From Intoshia linei (lineage: Eukaryota > Animalia > Orthonectida), in the NCBI GenBank assembly GCA_001642005.1, contig LWCA01000040.1:1-64000 (forward strand): a stretch of DNA of 64,000 nucleotides, in the 5' to 3' direction. Below the pieces are notes generated by a model. That model saw only the letters and a list, made by a program, of their open reading frames with translations. It made no database searches and was not told the origin of the DNA. Position numbers and translations under genes: made by a program. Positions 1 through 14,400 of this stretch are shown in pieces; position 1 is the first letter of the stretch; every line of letters starts with the position of its first letter.

Positions 1-80
1 TCTACATTGTTGTCAAAAATCCATTAAATTTTAATTTTACATTATTTTTAATGTTATATACAAAAAATTTTCAATCTAAC

Positions 81-1639
81 CTTAAAATTGCTAAAGGTAG
101 AATAAAACGTAGACTCTTGGATGTATCTATCACTCATAAAAGTAGAAATCTGTTCTTCAAATATATGAATTTTACTAAAGAAATAAGAGGAACGCCACTA
201 AATTCTAAAATACTTTAAATTTTGTAAATTTTTTTCTCACTATGGTAAATACATACGTATATTGCCACAAGCCAAATTTTTGGTCGAATTTACAACTTTG
301 TTATAGGTAAAATAGTGGGTTTTAGATCACAATCAATATAACTTTCTTGTAATTATGGTATTTTATTTCTATTATATCTCGAAACGTCCATCTTACTTGA
401 TAGAGTGACTCACATCATTCGAATCACAAGAATACCAGATACAAAACGATATAGGTTAGAAAAATCTGTTTTTAATTTTTTCGAAAAGTTTTTTATTGTT
501 GTACTGTGTTATTGTACGCAAAATGTGACATTAGCACACAATTGAGAACACTGATCATTGATAAAAATTAGATAATTATATTAATAGAGTGTAGCATATA
601 AATCAATACCATCATCGAATTGGAAAGTTTTAGTTTACGAAATGTGTCGTCGAAATTTTGGTTATAGCCTTTGCGTACAACACATAAAAGGCCGTAGTCT
701 TTAATAATTGTGTGAATTTCATTTAAATCCCAAATTTCAGGATTTGTCATGGTCTCCAGTAAATCTGAACCGCATACAAGTTTAATATGTTGAATTAATG
801 TGTCTAAATATTTAGTATAATAATGCAACTAAATTGAAAATTGAAAATTTCGTGGTGAGTTATAAGTTTCTGATGGTGAGATTTACGACAATGTTAATTA
901 TTTTAAATGTGTCCCAGAATGTATGTTTTTTTAAATTATAGATATGATTTTATTTTTAAAAAAGGGTTCATTGGGTTTTTGGCCCTGAACGACTAAATTT
1001 CTGGAAATGAAATTAGCGATAAAATATTACTCTCGAAAAAGTGTATTAGAAATTTGGTTTTTTAAATTATAAAACAGTTTAATATCTCTTCATTTTTATG
1101 AGTCATACTAATAATATAAAGTAGAAAGTAATAGTATAGTATGTAATATATATGTAGTTACAGTTAATTATAAAATTACGTTACTATGTTAATAATAAAA
1201 AACCTCTCGATAAAATGCTTTTTATCAATTCAAGTGTAGTTTTTTTTTCATTTAAATTACTTTCCCAAGTGTCAATTCTAATTTTATTATGAATGATTAT
1301 GATTAACAATAAATAATTTACATAAATTAAACTTAAACGTAAGACTAAAATGAAAAATAACCTGATCCAAGGTTTTTTATTTACAGCAAGTTTGACCATA
1401 TTCACTCGATGATGAGCTTTTATAAGGTACTATAATAAAGTATATTATAAACAGTTAAAGTGTTTCTGAACGTTTTTTCCATAAGCGTCTGAAACTGGAG
1501 ATATGATGCCGTTGATTTTTTCAGTATCAACATTACTGATGTGACACTTTGCAATATCTACAAATATTATTAACATAATAAACTGTACAGTGTACATTCG
1601 TATAAAACTGGTTGTCAACCTTTCGCGGTTGTTACCCAT
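81..1639 (-). CDS. Partial spliced gene, unknown, probably secreted protein (3' end likely runs off the window)
   Basis: ATG at 1639 with a hydrophobic stretch (YTVQFIMLIIFVDIAKC). Open exons bounded by GT/AG at about 1639-1454, 1429-1362, 1277-1204, 803-609 and 197-81. No recognisable domain. Confidence 0.45.
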
Positions 1640-2031
1640 TTTGTCTGGAATAAAAATTTTATGATTTTTAGTTCAAACTTTGGGTTTTAGTCTGAAATCT
1701 CAATGTAAGGGTGTATCGATTTAGACGATTATATAATTATAATTAATTATATTATCTATTATAATTTAATATTAATTAAACTATACATAAATGACTAAAT
1801 ATACCCAATAATTTGATGTGCATTTTAGTTATCGGATTAAAACATCCAGGTAATAGCAACACGTATTTTGACATCTATATTAAGATTTCAGAAAATTTAG
1901 CAAAAAAAAGAATATATAAAGTGGTACAAATTAAATTAGTCTGTTCCTATTCAAATGATCTAAATTCATTTGAACTTTATTAATAAATTGAACTAATCTA
2001 GAATTCAAGTTTTAAGACATACATGTAAATT

Positions 2032-2228
2032 TGAATATTTTAATACATATTCTGATATATACAGAAATGAAATATTTACATATGAATGAATACATTTAAA
2101 AACATGAATAATAACTATATTTTAAATTTAATTATATGTAAATATGAATATTTTAATATATATTCTGATATATACAGAAATGAAATATTTACGTATGAAT
2201 GAATACATTTAAAAACATTAATAATAAT
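2032..2228. repeat. Local direct duplication of about 80 bp
   Basis: tgaatattttaata..tattctgatatatacagaaatgaaatatttac..tatgaatgaatacatttaaaaacat occurs at about 2032-2114 and 2146-2228. Confidence 0.85.
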
Positions 2229-3185
2229 TATATTTAATTTAATTTTTTTTTGTAATAATAATTGGTTAATTTGGACATTTTTCAGTATACATTGAAACAA
2301 CTGTTTCTTGAGATGATAATGGCTGGGATAATGAAACTAAATTATATACTTCGATTGGAATGGGTAAAGTGGAACTTTTGTTGGCCGGATAAGAGTAAAG
2401 GCTTAATTTATTTGTTTGTTTTCTTCTTTTCAGAAATAGAAAATCTAATTTCAAAATCCTACTATTCACTATTATCAATCCGTTAAAAAAGTGGTTCCCA
2501 AATTTGTGTAAGGTGGAACCATCATATCACATTAATTTTTACTTTAATTACTATAAAGTGAATTATTTCATCTTAATTTTTTGTTTGTTAACAATTACGT
2601 AAAGAATTTTAAAAACAATTGTTATCCTATTTTTTTAATTTATTAGACATAATGTGTGTATAATATTAAAAATAAAGTAAAAACAGTCCAATCCTAAAAA
2701 TTGTCATAAATAGCATAAATTCCAAAAAAATAAAATTAGTCTATTCCATTTTTAGCTACTGCATCATGCTCGAAAAACTGAACTAGAAATTGGGTTTTTT
2801 TAAATACATTACTTTTGACTTTTTAATTAACCGGAAACAAACGTACAAACATTCCATATTATATAAGTAAAAGATTATAATCTTTGTACAATTGTAAAAT
2901 TTTTAAAAAAACGAAATACACCAAATTTTGTTAGCAAGTAAATACTCTCTTGCAATACTATTTCACAAAATTTTCAGATAAATATGCAATGCATATTATA
3001 TATTGCAGTAGACCCCTTAGTGTTCCACAGAAATTGTTTGGGGTCCAAAGGATAAATTACATAGCTAGGGGTTCACAGAAAAATTAAAATATATTATATT
3101 TTATAAACATGTGACACCATAACACATACAAATTGTAAATACATGAATTTATATTTAATTTATAGTACTATTGTAATGTAACTAA

Positions 3186-4551
3186 TTATTTATTTTTATT
3201 TATAGATTTCATAATGCAAACAGTAACCAAATATGGATCACAATTTGCTGCAGGTCGTCTATCTTCTATGTACCCTCTTCCAGAATCTTTAACCATATTC
3301 GGTATTCGAACACTGGCAAATTTGTCTTCTACTCCAGACGTAAATGTGTCCATATCTGGACAAAAAAATATGCCTGTGCAACGTTCTCTATTTTCTTTTC
3401 CTTTCGTAGGATCATAATTTTTAATATCATCACAATGACCGATCTTCAATCTCTCAATATATTGGTTTATTTTACTAAAATATCCATTACATTTTAATTC
3501 AACCTTTTGCAAAGGTTGTAAAACGGGTAAAAACATGCATAAAATGGATCAAAGATTATATAATTAAAAATGAAGGTTCTGAAATAAATTAAATTAAATA
3601 TTAAATTTTTTAAAATTACTCCAAGCCATCGATTCCTCTTGTTTCATTTGTACTAAAATTGCCTACAAATAAAATTTAAATAATAATATTAATAATTTTA
3701 AATAAATTCAAAAATTTATTAAAATTACAGTGACCGCCAGATCCGCACCAATTTCCTGGAACAGGTTTCGGTTGAAAAGTGACTTCAACTCCAAATTCTT
3801 CTGAAATTCGTTCGAGAATGTACCTAGACATCCATAATTGATCGGAAATACCAACTGCATCGAGTTCACCCAATTGATATTCCCATTGAGCTGGAGTAGC
3901 TTCACCATTAATACCAAAAATGCTTATTCCTGCATATAAGCAGGCCTTATAGTGAGAAATTGGGATGGCTCGACCAAACGCATTACATAAACCTGTTCCA
4001 CAGTAATGAGGACCTAATTCCGGTGGAAATCCAGTCTGAGGCTTAAAGGGTTTTTTATTTTTTCCAATTAAAACATATTCTTGTTCAAACCCAAATTTAA
4101 ATTCCAAAGATTTATATTTTTCGAGCAACTTATATGTTTCATCGCGATTGTTCAAGATTGTCGGATTTTTATCCTGATCATATGTTTGACACATTACCAA
4201 TTTATTAGTTTTTTTTAAAAATGGATCTCTATACAGTGCCACAGGTTTTAAGTATTGATAACTCATAATTTCATTAGGTTGTGCAGTAATATAACCATAA
4301 CAGTCCCATTGAGGAATATCTAAAAATTAATTAGGATACAAATGGTACGTTAATCCTGAATTTTGGTGTTTTTTTTATGTACCTTTTAAAGTGATTTTTT
4401 GATTTTTATTGTATTTTAAAGTTCTACTTTTACATCGTGTAGTTTTACCAAAACCGTCGATCCAGACATATGTACAAATGTATTTATCTGTCGGTTGTTC
4501 CAAATTCAAATAATGCTCAAAAATTTTGGTATTTCCGAGTTCGTTTTCCAT
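3186..4551 (-). CDS. Glutamine synthetase type II-like protein, 4 exons (4551-4383, 4319-~3730, 3662-3620, 3474-3186)
   Basis: Spliced translation contains YVWIDGFGKTTRCKSRTL, LYRDPF, FGFEQEY, GPHYCGTG, HYKACLYAG, NGEATPAQWEYQLG, PKPVPGNW, HCNFST, ASVRIP and GYIEDRRPAANCDPY. Reading frame is intact across GT-AG introns. Confidence 0.93.
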
Positions 4552-5481
4552 TTCTCCAGTGTTAATTTTTATTATTTCGTTTTAATAAATATATATTGTA
4601 ATTGTCACTTTTTGCATCATGTAAAATAAAACTTTTTGTTTTACTTTTTTCTTCAAATAGACTATAACTGTTTTTTAGGTGTATTTTATACATTGCAGAA
4701 TAGCTTTAATCTATTTCATTAATATACACGTATATTACATTAATGCATTTGTACATTTTAATGAGGTTTATATTAAAAAATAAATAGGTAGACGCATGGT
4801 TAACACTATTTTGTATATATTTTGTATTGAAAGACACTTTTCTCATAATTTGTAGGGAATTTAGGGTATTTTTTTCCAAACTTTACCAAATTTTTTTCAA
4901 AAATTTTTCATATTAATGCCCGTAAACTTATTTGTGTCAGAATTCTCATTGCGGGTGCAATATGAGAATACCATGATTTTAAAAATAGGAAAGTGATTAA
5001 GGTTTCACAATACCAACATGGTTGAGTCACAAAGTCAAATACTTTATATTTATAAAACTTGCCGTTAATAACGTTTATAAATAGTGAAGCACTGATATAA
5101 ACAATCGTATAAGTTACATTACTTTGCGATAGCTAAACCAAAATAAGCTGTTTCTTTGGTGGAAGACGGACATATTTAATTAGACACAGAGTTTCTATTA
5201 ATATTGCTTACAGTATTGTATAAATTATATGCGAGTTGGTCAATTGACATCAAAAAAGCCACCAAATTAAGTTAGCATTATTTACTTTTCGCTGGAAATT
5301 GTTCCATAATATATTAACCATAATATGTAAATCAATGTAAAATTCTGTCTATACTACTACACTAAATTTCCATGTAATGTATACAAAATTTCTACATGTA
5401 AAGTTAAATTTTTAACGAGTATATTCTAAGCAACATATAAACACCTAATGATACTGAATTAAAAATATATTAAATTCCAAT

Positions 5482-8400
5482 ATGACTAATGTAAAAGGTT
5501 TGAAACACGTCAAAGATCAAAAAGTGAAAAATTATCGAGAAACCAAAGTGTATAAAAATTATAAACAAATAAAATTTGATCCTGACAATGGAATGTCTAA
5601 AAAAGAAACTAAATATTACAAAAAATACAAGTAATTAGGAATTTTATTTATAATTAAAATAAAGAATATAATAAATTTCATCAAATAAGTCGTTTTCGTA
5701 GCTATACTTTTTTAATATATTAAACGTATCTTAGAAAGTAATATGTTGAAATATTACTGCTATCTTTATTCCATTACACTGTACAACAATAAAAAAAGAG
5801 CAAAACAAAATATATATCATTAAAATCTACGAAAAATTTAGTGAAGAATGGTAGAATTTTTAATTGACACTTAGATCTAGTTTTTGAAGGGCAGACAGAT
5901 TAAAAAGAAGCAGTAATAATGGCGTTTTCAGTACCAATTTAATAAATACTTAAAAATACCAATTATGTATCAATAATAATTAACCGAATCTTCCCTTTAT
6001 AAACACATATTTCAGTCGTATTTTACCAATATTGCAAAAGATTGTAATAAATATAAAAAAAATATTAACAAAGTTGTTTTAGTTTCGTTGTTTAGTTTGT
6101 ATTTGAATTTTATTCAAAATGTTTTCAAAATGAGAATTTGAAATTTAAAAATTGCGTAGCAATGAAAAAAATTCCGAAAGAATGATTATATAGATTTTCA
6201 CCCATATTTCTTTATTGGAAATGTGTAGACGCTCAATGCACATTTTTTTTGAAATTGTAGGATCAATATTTACATTTTCAATTTTTGATTTAAATCGAAA
6301 TATTTGAAAAATATTGGTTAATAATATATTAAAAATTATTTTTCATCGGGAATGCGTAGATTTCTCGCGTTGAACTTTTGTATTTATATCAACTGGAAGA
6401 AGCTCTATCAGAATAATTTTTTTTTTTAATCTTCGGACCGTTAATTATTTTACATTTTTTGTTTTAATAAAATATTTCGGAAAAAAAAATATGAATACTA
6501 AAATGCTTTTTTGACCGTGAAGTCGTTACTTAATCGGATTAAACTTTTTTGTGTCTGTTAACAGGATACAAGTGTACAACCTGTATTTTTTTTAAATTCT
6601 AGGGCTGTTTTCATTAAAAAAGGAAGGGTAATTTGAGTTTTGGCCCTGAAGATATAATTTTTTTAAATTTAAATATATGATAATGTTTATGATTTTAAAA
6701 TCCGTATCAGCATATATATTTTTTTAAATTCAATAACTCGTTTGATTTTCAAAAAGAGGAACAATTAGGATTTTTGACCCATAAGATGTGAGTTTGGGAG
6801 GTTGTAATTATGTTTGCGAACACACCCGGAAAAAATTGTAATTGAAATGTGGACTTTATAAAATTTTAAGACTGGTAGTTATTGAAATAAAGCTGGACAC
6901 ACACACACAAACAAAAATCGCGTAGCATATTATATAAGTTAGGATGATTTTTGTTTAATTTGTGGTGTATATTTATATTCTAAACCAAACGGAGCTACAG
7001 TGTAATTGAGAGTAAAGTAGGTAACAAATATACATCCTTTTATGGATCAATTCAACAAGAACCATGGACTCCAAACAAATGCTGTGCATTTTACTGCAAG
7101 CATGTGATAATGGCAATAAATCCAGTGACGATTGCTATTTCTGCTATTTTAAAGAAAATATTAATTTAAAAAAATTCTGAGGAACATGGGGAACGCTTCC
7201 ATCAAACTTTGTAAAAATTTGAAGAAAGATTCACCGGCTAAAAATGATATCCATGATTAAAGATTATTTGAGGTACACAGAAACACCAAATTGTCATAAA
7301 TTTATTAAATTGTATAAATAAATTTTCTTAAATTTAAATTGTACTTATTTTTGACGCTATATCGATTTTTTTTAGATATAACCATGTAATGATATATCGC
7401 TACCATACTAATCGAGATTTAAATATATACTTTTGATATAACTCACTTGTGATGTTTAACTGGCAAAGTGGTTATAGTCATATAATTGTATTCTGCGTGG
7501 CTAGGTTCGAATCGAGATTTGGACATCTTTTTATTTAAGATGAACTTATCAAAGTTCTTATTTGCCAATCGTTACAAACCAGAATATCATTCTTAATACA
7601 GTATAAGGTACACACATTTTAGGATACATGGTATATATCAAAATATTCTGCTCTATTCAAAAATAAACCAATTTTTTTTAAAAATTAGGGTAAAAGTCCG
7701 GACTAATTTTTTATTTTTTTTGAAATTATCTTTTTAAAGGGTCTCAAAATTGAATTTAACATCAACTTGAATATAACTTAATTCTATATATTTATAAATA
7801 TATCAGATACAATCACAAACATCATTTGAATCCTGCCAGTGTTATCTAAGCCATAAACTAAATTTCTTTCTGCTCTTTTAAAATTTTTCGGAAAATGTTG
7901 TACAGTGTTCTAAGTAAAGATGGAATGATTAATATTAATTTTTAGAAAAATGTTACATGAATACAACCAAAATATGTATGATAAATTTTACAAAATGTTG
8001 GAAAAATACAAGGAACAAAAGCAGACAATGGTTATGAAGCCTAATTGGAAAAATAATAAATCTAATGATATACCATACCATCCGTATACAATAACGAACC
8101 TGGATTTTACAAATCAAATTGTAATGTGTTTAAAAATAATGAATACATTTGTTATTTTTAGGTAAATAATAAATCCAATCGAAATCAAAATAATTTTGAA
8201 TGGTTGCAAGGAAACACAATTGTCGATAAAAAATTGACCATTAAAGATTTACTTAAATATGCTCAAATTTTAAAGTAAAATAATAAATAATGAAGAGTAT
8301 AAAAATTATAATTTTATATATTTTATAGACCCGAAATAAACCCTGAAAATGGGAAAATTCAACAAAAGTATAGTATCGATAACGATATTTTACTAAAATT

Positions 8401-11400
8401 TGAAATGGAAGTTACAGAGTAATTTATCTATTTATGTATGTTGAAATAATACTATAATATTGATAATTATAATTACTTATACAATGAGCACATTACAATA
8501 TACAATATTGTATTTATTATCGGTCATTGGTCCCTTTATACGTTCCGGGTGGTTGTAAAGGACGAAATATTAAATAATCGTCTCAAATTAATATAAAAAC
8601 GGTTAAGATCTTAACTTAAAACTGCCTATTAACCATATTATAAATTAACCTTACTTACATGAATAATAATAAATAACTGAAATAATCTTAAATTAACATT
8701 TAGATTAATTGAAGACTTAATATACAGAATAAAGTACATGTTGTCGGGAAGTAGAAGAGTAAATGTTATATATTATTTATAAATATTTTTAATGTAGATT
8801 TTCGGAATGATTAGTCCAATAAATTTAACCATAATAGTGGATTTCAGTAGAGAAAATTTTAAATTTAATAAAATTGAAACACTGAAAAATTCAATATTGG
8901 TAAATTATCAATTGTATTTTAACATTTATATTATAACTAGGCTGACTGTTATGTACTACGTACAAAGAGCACCAAGCTCTGCCAAGGGCACATTTTTATT
9001 CTATCAAAAAAATATATTCATGTTGAAAATCTAACTTAAAAATCTCACTATTTACTATTTTCAATCCTTTAAAGGAGTGGTTCCCAAACTTGTTTCAGGT
9101 GAACCGTCATATCACTTAACTTTATTTTAAAGTGAATTATTCCATCTTAATTTTTTTTCTTAACATTTGCGTAAAGAACATTGACAAATGATTTTAAAAA
9201 CAATTGTTATCCCATTTAATTTTCGGAACGTGAATTATTTCACATTTTTTGTTTTAATAAAATATTTCGGAACAAAAATATATGAATACTTAAATGCTTT
9301 TTTGACAGGTAAGTCGTCACTTATTCGGATTGAAATTTTTTTTAATTCTAGGGCTGTTTTCATTAAAAAAAAAGTAATTTGTGGTTTTGGCCCTGAAGAT
9401 CTATTTTTTTTAAATTTAAATTTATGGTAATATTTATGATTTTAAAATCCGTATCAGAGTATATATTTTTTTTTTAAATTTTCCAACTCGTTTGATTTTC
9501 AAAAAAAAGGACAATTGGGGGTTTTGAACCGTAAGATGATAGTTTTGGAGGTTGTAATTTATCTTATTATATGCCCGGAAAAAATTTTAATTGAAATGTG
9601 GACTTTATAAAATTCTAAGACTGGTAGTTATTGAAATAAACGGTAATATACACACACAAATATTGCAAATTATATATAAGTAAGGATATACTATTAGTTT
9701 TTATGACAAGTGTTTGGTGTCATTCCTTATAAATTTTTTCGTGTAAGTGTGTTACAATTTCTACATGTATAAATTTTGATTTACATCAATTTTTCAAATT
9801 GTTCGTGATTGCAATTTGTTTTAAAACTCTAAAAAACGGAAACATACATATAATATTGATTTATCATACTTCTGCATAGTTGAATAAGTTATATTTAATA
9901 TATTATATGATAATGGTTGAAAAAATGTTACCTGTAAGCTATTTTGTCGATTAATGCGCCAAGTGTAACTTGGTTATTATTTCTTTTTGATAAAATTACA
10001 ATACAATAGTAGTGTATATCAATTAGTTTACAATATAAAGTTTATATTATAAACTATCTAAATTTTTTTTATTTTATCTGTTATCTTTAGCATTTAATTG
10101 ATGATCAATTGGAATACGGCAAAAATGTCGAAATAATATTTTTTAATGACAAGATATTCACCATTTGGCCATTTTTTGAAAGCTTTGGAAAAAATGAAAT
10201 GTATTTTAATTTATAACAATAATAATAATTATACAGATCAAACAGATCTGTTTAGATTTCAAATATTATAGTATATTTTACATTTCATTATAGTTTACTT
10301 CAAATGGATCATTTCATAAATTCAATTTCATTTGATGGTACGTGTAATTTGCTGAATGTATTCCGTACAATGAAAACACCGACATTGGCTTTGGATGAAA
10401 CATGCAATAAAAATTATTTACTTGTATTAGGTTCAGAGTAATTATTTATTCATATTTTTATAATTACATATATATAATAAATCCACTAATAAGTAATATA
10501 AATAGTTTTTATTGATAGTATTAATAGATATTAAATATTATATAAATCTAAAAATCTTTTTAGACCTAATCAAGATACTGACGTTATTATCAATTATATC
10601 AATCAAAAATTTGTTGGTTTTAATGTGACATTTGATACAGTTTCATTTGATTGTAGCAATTCTACAGTAAATGTAATTTACTTGAGATGATACTGCAATT
10701 ATAATTATAATATTATATTATAATATAATTGTAGTAATATTAATAATAATTCGAAAAAAAAATCCATTTGATTTATATAATAATTTAGAATTTTTTACAT
10801 AAATTATCAAACGCGACTGGAGGAAGGTTTCACATTTTTGAAAATGATTGTTTTGTAAGACTTGTCAGTATTAATATTTTTTAATTATAAAATATCATAT
10901 TTAACATTTCAAAAAAAGTCAATCCTGTTCAATATGAACATGGGTACCAAATTTTATCAGTGTTCATGTTAGTGTAAAGTGAACACAGAAAAAAATACAA
11001 AAAATCAAGACATCATCAGTTAATTTTATATTTTAATAATTATTTTCGCATAAAAAATGTTTATTATGTGAGGTGACCATGTTGAACAGAATTGACGGTT
11101 TATTAACTACAAAAAGCACATTGCAAACGCAAATTTATTAATTTTAAGAATCCACAGTGTGTAGGGGTTATAACTTTGAATATAACGGGCTATATATCGT
11201 AACGTATGTTTATTTAATATAATAACAGGTCGTAATAATCATTCACTTTACGTATATAAAATTGAACGTCTGTATAGCTGTTACCGTATATTTAAAAACT
11301 TAACAGTCGTAGAATTTAAAAAACCCTATTTCTAATTAAATTTTTCGCAAGATATGTTGATTTATGTTTCATTTTCAGAATTTGTGTCCTTCAGGGTCAA

Positions 11401-14400
11401 AAATCCAATTTTCCCTATTGTCTAAAAATAAAAAGCACAAAAATTTAATAAAACATACATTTTAGGATAGTTTTTAACATTTAAAATATAATTATACTAC
11501 TTTTTCACGTATACATTTCATGGATGATTGGTAATATAAAAGCAGTGATGAGCACTGATTTAATCTAATATTATATAGTATTGTAATAATAATAGTATAA
11601 AATTATACATATACAACAATACCGTGTAGTATAATGTTGTGGATATAATATAATTAGACGAATATATTTAATGGAAGCGATTTCCAAATCATAATAAACG
11701 AAATTGGTAATGCACAAAATCATTTGTCTGTCATAAAAGATATAAAGAGGGGTATATTGGGCAATACCCTGATAAAAGTATACAATAAGGTAAATTTAAT
11801 AAAGTATTACATTACGGTAGACACTGCAAACACCTGTTTGTGAAAAAGGGAAATTTTATGGTTGGTTACTTTTTCTATATGATTTATTACTGTTTAACAG
11901 CTAGAGGGTTTCAAAAAATGATCACTTTTCGAGTGTCTACTGTATATTGATATTGTATACAACATTTATAAAAAGTTGAATTTTATTAATTAATGAATTT
12001 TAAATTTAGATAGAAGAAGAAAAAAATAAATTGCCGCACAATAGATTCATGTTGCGTCCTACCCATCATCTAGAAAAGTTAATTGTTGAAGAAATTTCTT
12101 CCTTTGAAAGTAGTAAAGCATGGCTGAAAATGAATGGAATAAAAGGTATAATTATATAAACAAAAATAACATGTAGGTGTTTAACCCTAGAATCACCGAT
12201 CAAAAAATATAACGATAACTACAAGAGGTAGTCATTTTAACCACCTTTTTTCGTTCTAAGACTAATTTCGAGCAATAAATATTGTATGATGCAATAAAAA
12301 TATGACAGCTGCTCAACAAAAGAATTTATTTATGATAAATATTTTCACTAATAATCCTAACTTATATAATATGTTATGCAATTTTTGTTTGTGTGTGTCT
12401 GTGTGTGTGTCCAGCTTTATTTAAATAACTACCTGTCTTAGAATTTTATAAAGTCCTCATTTCAATTACAGTTTTTTCCGGGGGTGTTCGCAAACATAAT
12501 TTCAACCTCCCAACTCACTATATTACGTGTCAAAAACCCTAATTGTCCCTCTTTTTGAAAATCAAACGAGTTTGAGAATTTAAAAAAATATATACGCTGA
12601 TACGGATTTTAAAATCATAAACATTATCATAATTTTAAATATTTAGAGCAAAACCCTAAATTACCCTTTTTTTTTAATGAAAACAGCCCTATAATTTCAA
12701 AAAATTTACAGTTTTAATATTATAATTGATAAATTTATGATATATATTATACATTGTAAATTTAGCCAACAATCTGAATTTATATAGCGTTCTTGCACCA
12801 AATGCTTATAATTATTGTTATTCTTATGTCAATGGAAAAAAGATTAAATCCCAAACATTAGCTGTAAGTATTTACTATACTTAACAAATAATTCATAATT
12901 AATCGTGAAGGGAACTCTGTTTAGTAAGCTTAATGTTATTTATGGTGAGATTATTTGTATATCAGTGAAACTTTCAAGTGATGCATCATTTTGTTTTATA
13001 TTTCTTAGACTAGAGGTCTCATTGGATGCAATTGAAATATTTTAAAGTGTTGATATGGTTGTCGGTGCACTTTAGTTATACATTTCTTTTATATCCCTTA
13101 TTTAAACTAGTATTCAATAAAATCTTATTATATGAAAGTGTCGATTAGTTTAAAAAATTATATCAATATAATTATAGAGAGCAATGGTGCAGATGGAGTG
13201 GCCTAATGGTACAATAAAAAACGTACATGTAGATGCAGCCGACTTATATATATACCAATCAAAACTGGGAGCAATGGTGCGTATAATAGAAGATAGAATA
13301 CACTTTTTACTCGGAAACGAAAAATTATGCATGGGCTGTTTGACTGAAAAAAAGTAAGTTGAAAACAAACGTTTTTATTAACGCTTATTTTAATTATATA
13401 TATGATGTAAAGTGCGCGCAATAAACATAGGTCCAACCGATTTATATTATTTTTTGGTCTATTAACATTAATTTTCATGAATATTTCATCTCTATTAAAA
13501 AAAATATTAAAAAATACGCTTGTTGATACCATTATTTTTTATCTATCACCTTTTTATGAAAAGTTATCACACAAATCGCTAATTAGCTGCGCAATAATCA
13601 TAGGACGCTTCAAATTAAAATAATGTATTTACAATTTAATAATGTGTCTTTTCTTCTTTATTGATTACAACTTTAAGGCATTTATCCTTCATTGTCAATA
13701 CTAACTTTTCAATAACATCTTTATGGATATTTTCTCATTCTGTCAATATTATCTGCGTCAGCTGATCCTTATTTTTAAATTGCCTGCCATTTTTGTATAC
13801 GGAAATTACCAAAATTCCCCATACGTTTTCTATTGGATTAAGGTCAGGAGACTTCGATCGTCAGTTCATTACATTAACAGAATGTTCTTCAAACCATGTT
13901 TTGACCTTATCAGAAGTGTGGATTGGAGCATTATCTTGTTGAAAAATGTAATCTGTATCATAATGAAAGTAAGCAAATGGAAGTAGAAATTCAGATAAGG
14001 TAAAAATATAATCCTAAGAATTCTAATTTTCATTCAGAATCGCCAATTTTGATTTGCCTTTCTGTGAAAATGCTCCCCAGACCATTACCGATCCACCTCC
14101 ACTTTTCCGCGTAGAAAAGACTTTTTTTTCCTTTCGTAGATCATGCCAATAAAACTGGAATCTATCAAGACCGTCCCAATTGAATTTTTTTTCATCCGAG
14201 AATATCACAGAATTCCAATTTGGACCAAAATCCTATTTTCTTTATGAGCTTTTGAAAGGACCGGAGCATGATGTCGTTTACTCCATTGAAGGTGGGAACA
14301 ATTACTTATTACCTGTTGAACCGTTCGGAGCTTCACATCTAATTCTAAATTTTGCATGATGTCTCTGGCTGTATATTGACCGCCTGAAGCCTCACGTATA

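Noticed and set aside
3186-4551. Possibility that the odd GS is a bacterial horizontal transfer or a pseudogene
   Set aside because: It has eukaryotic GSII motifs, three spliceosomal introns and no disabling mutations.
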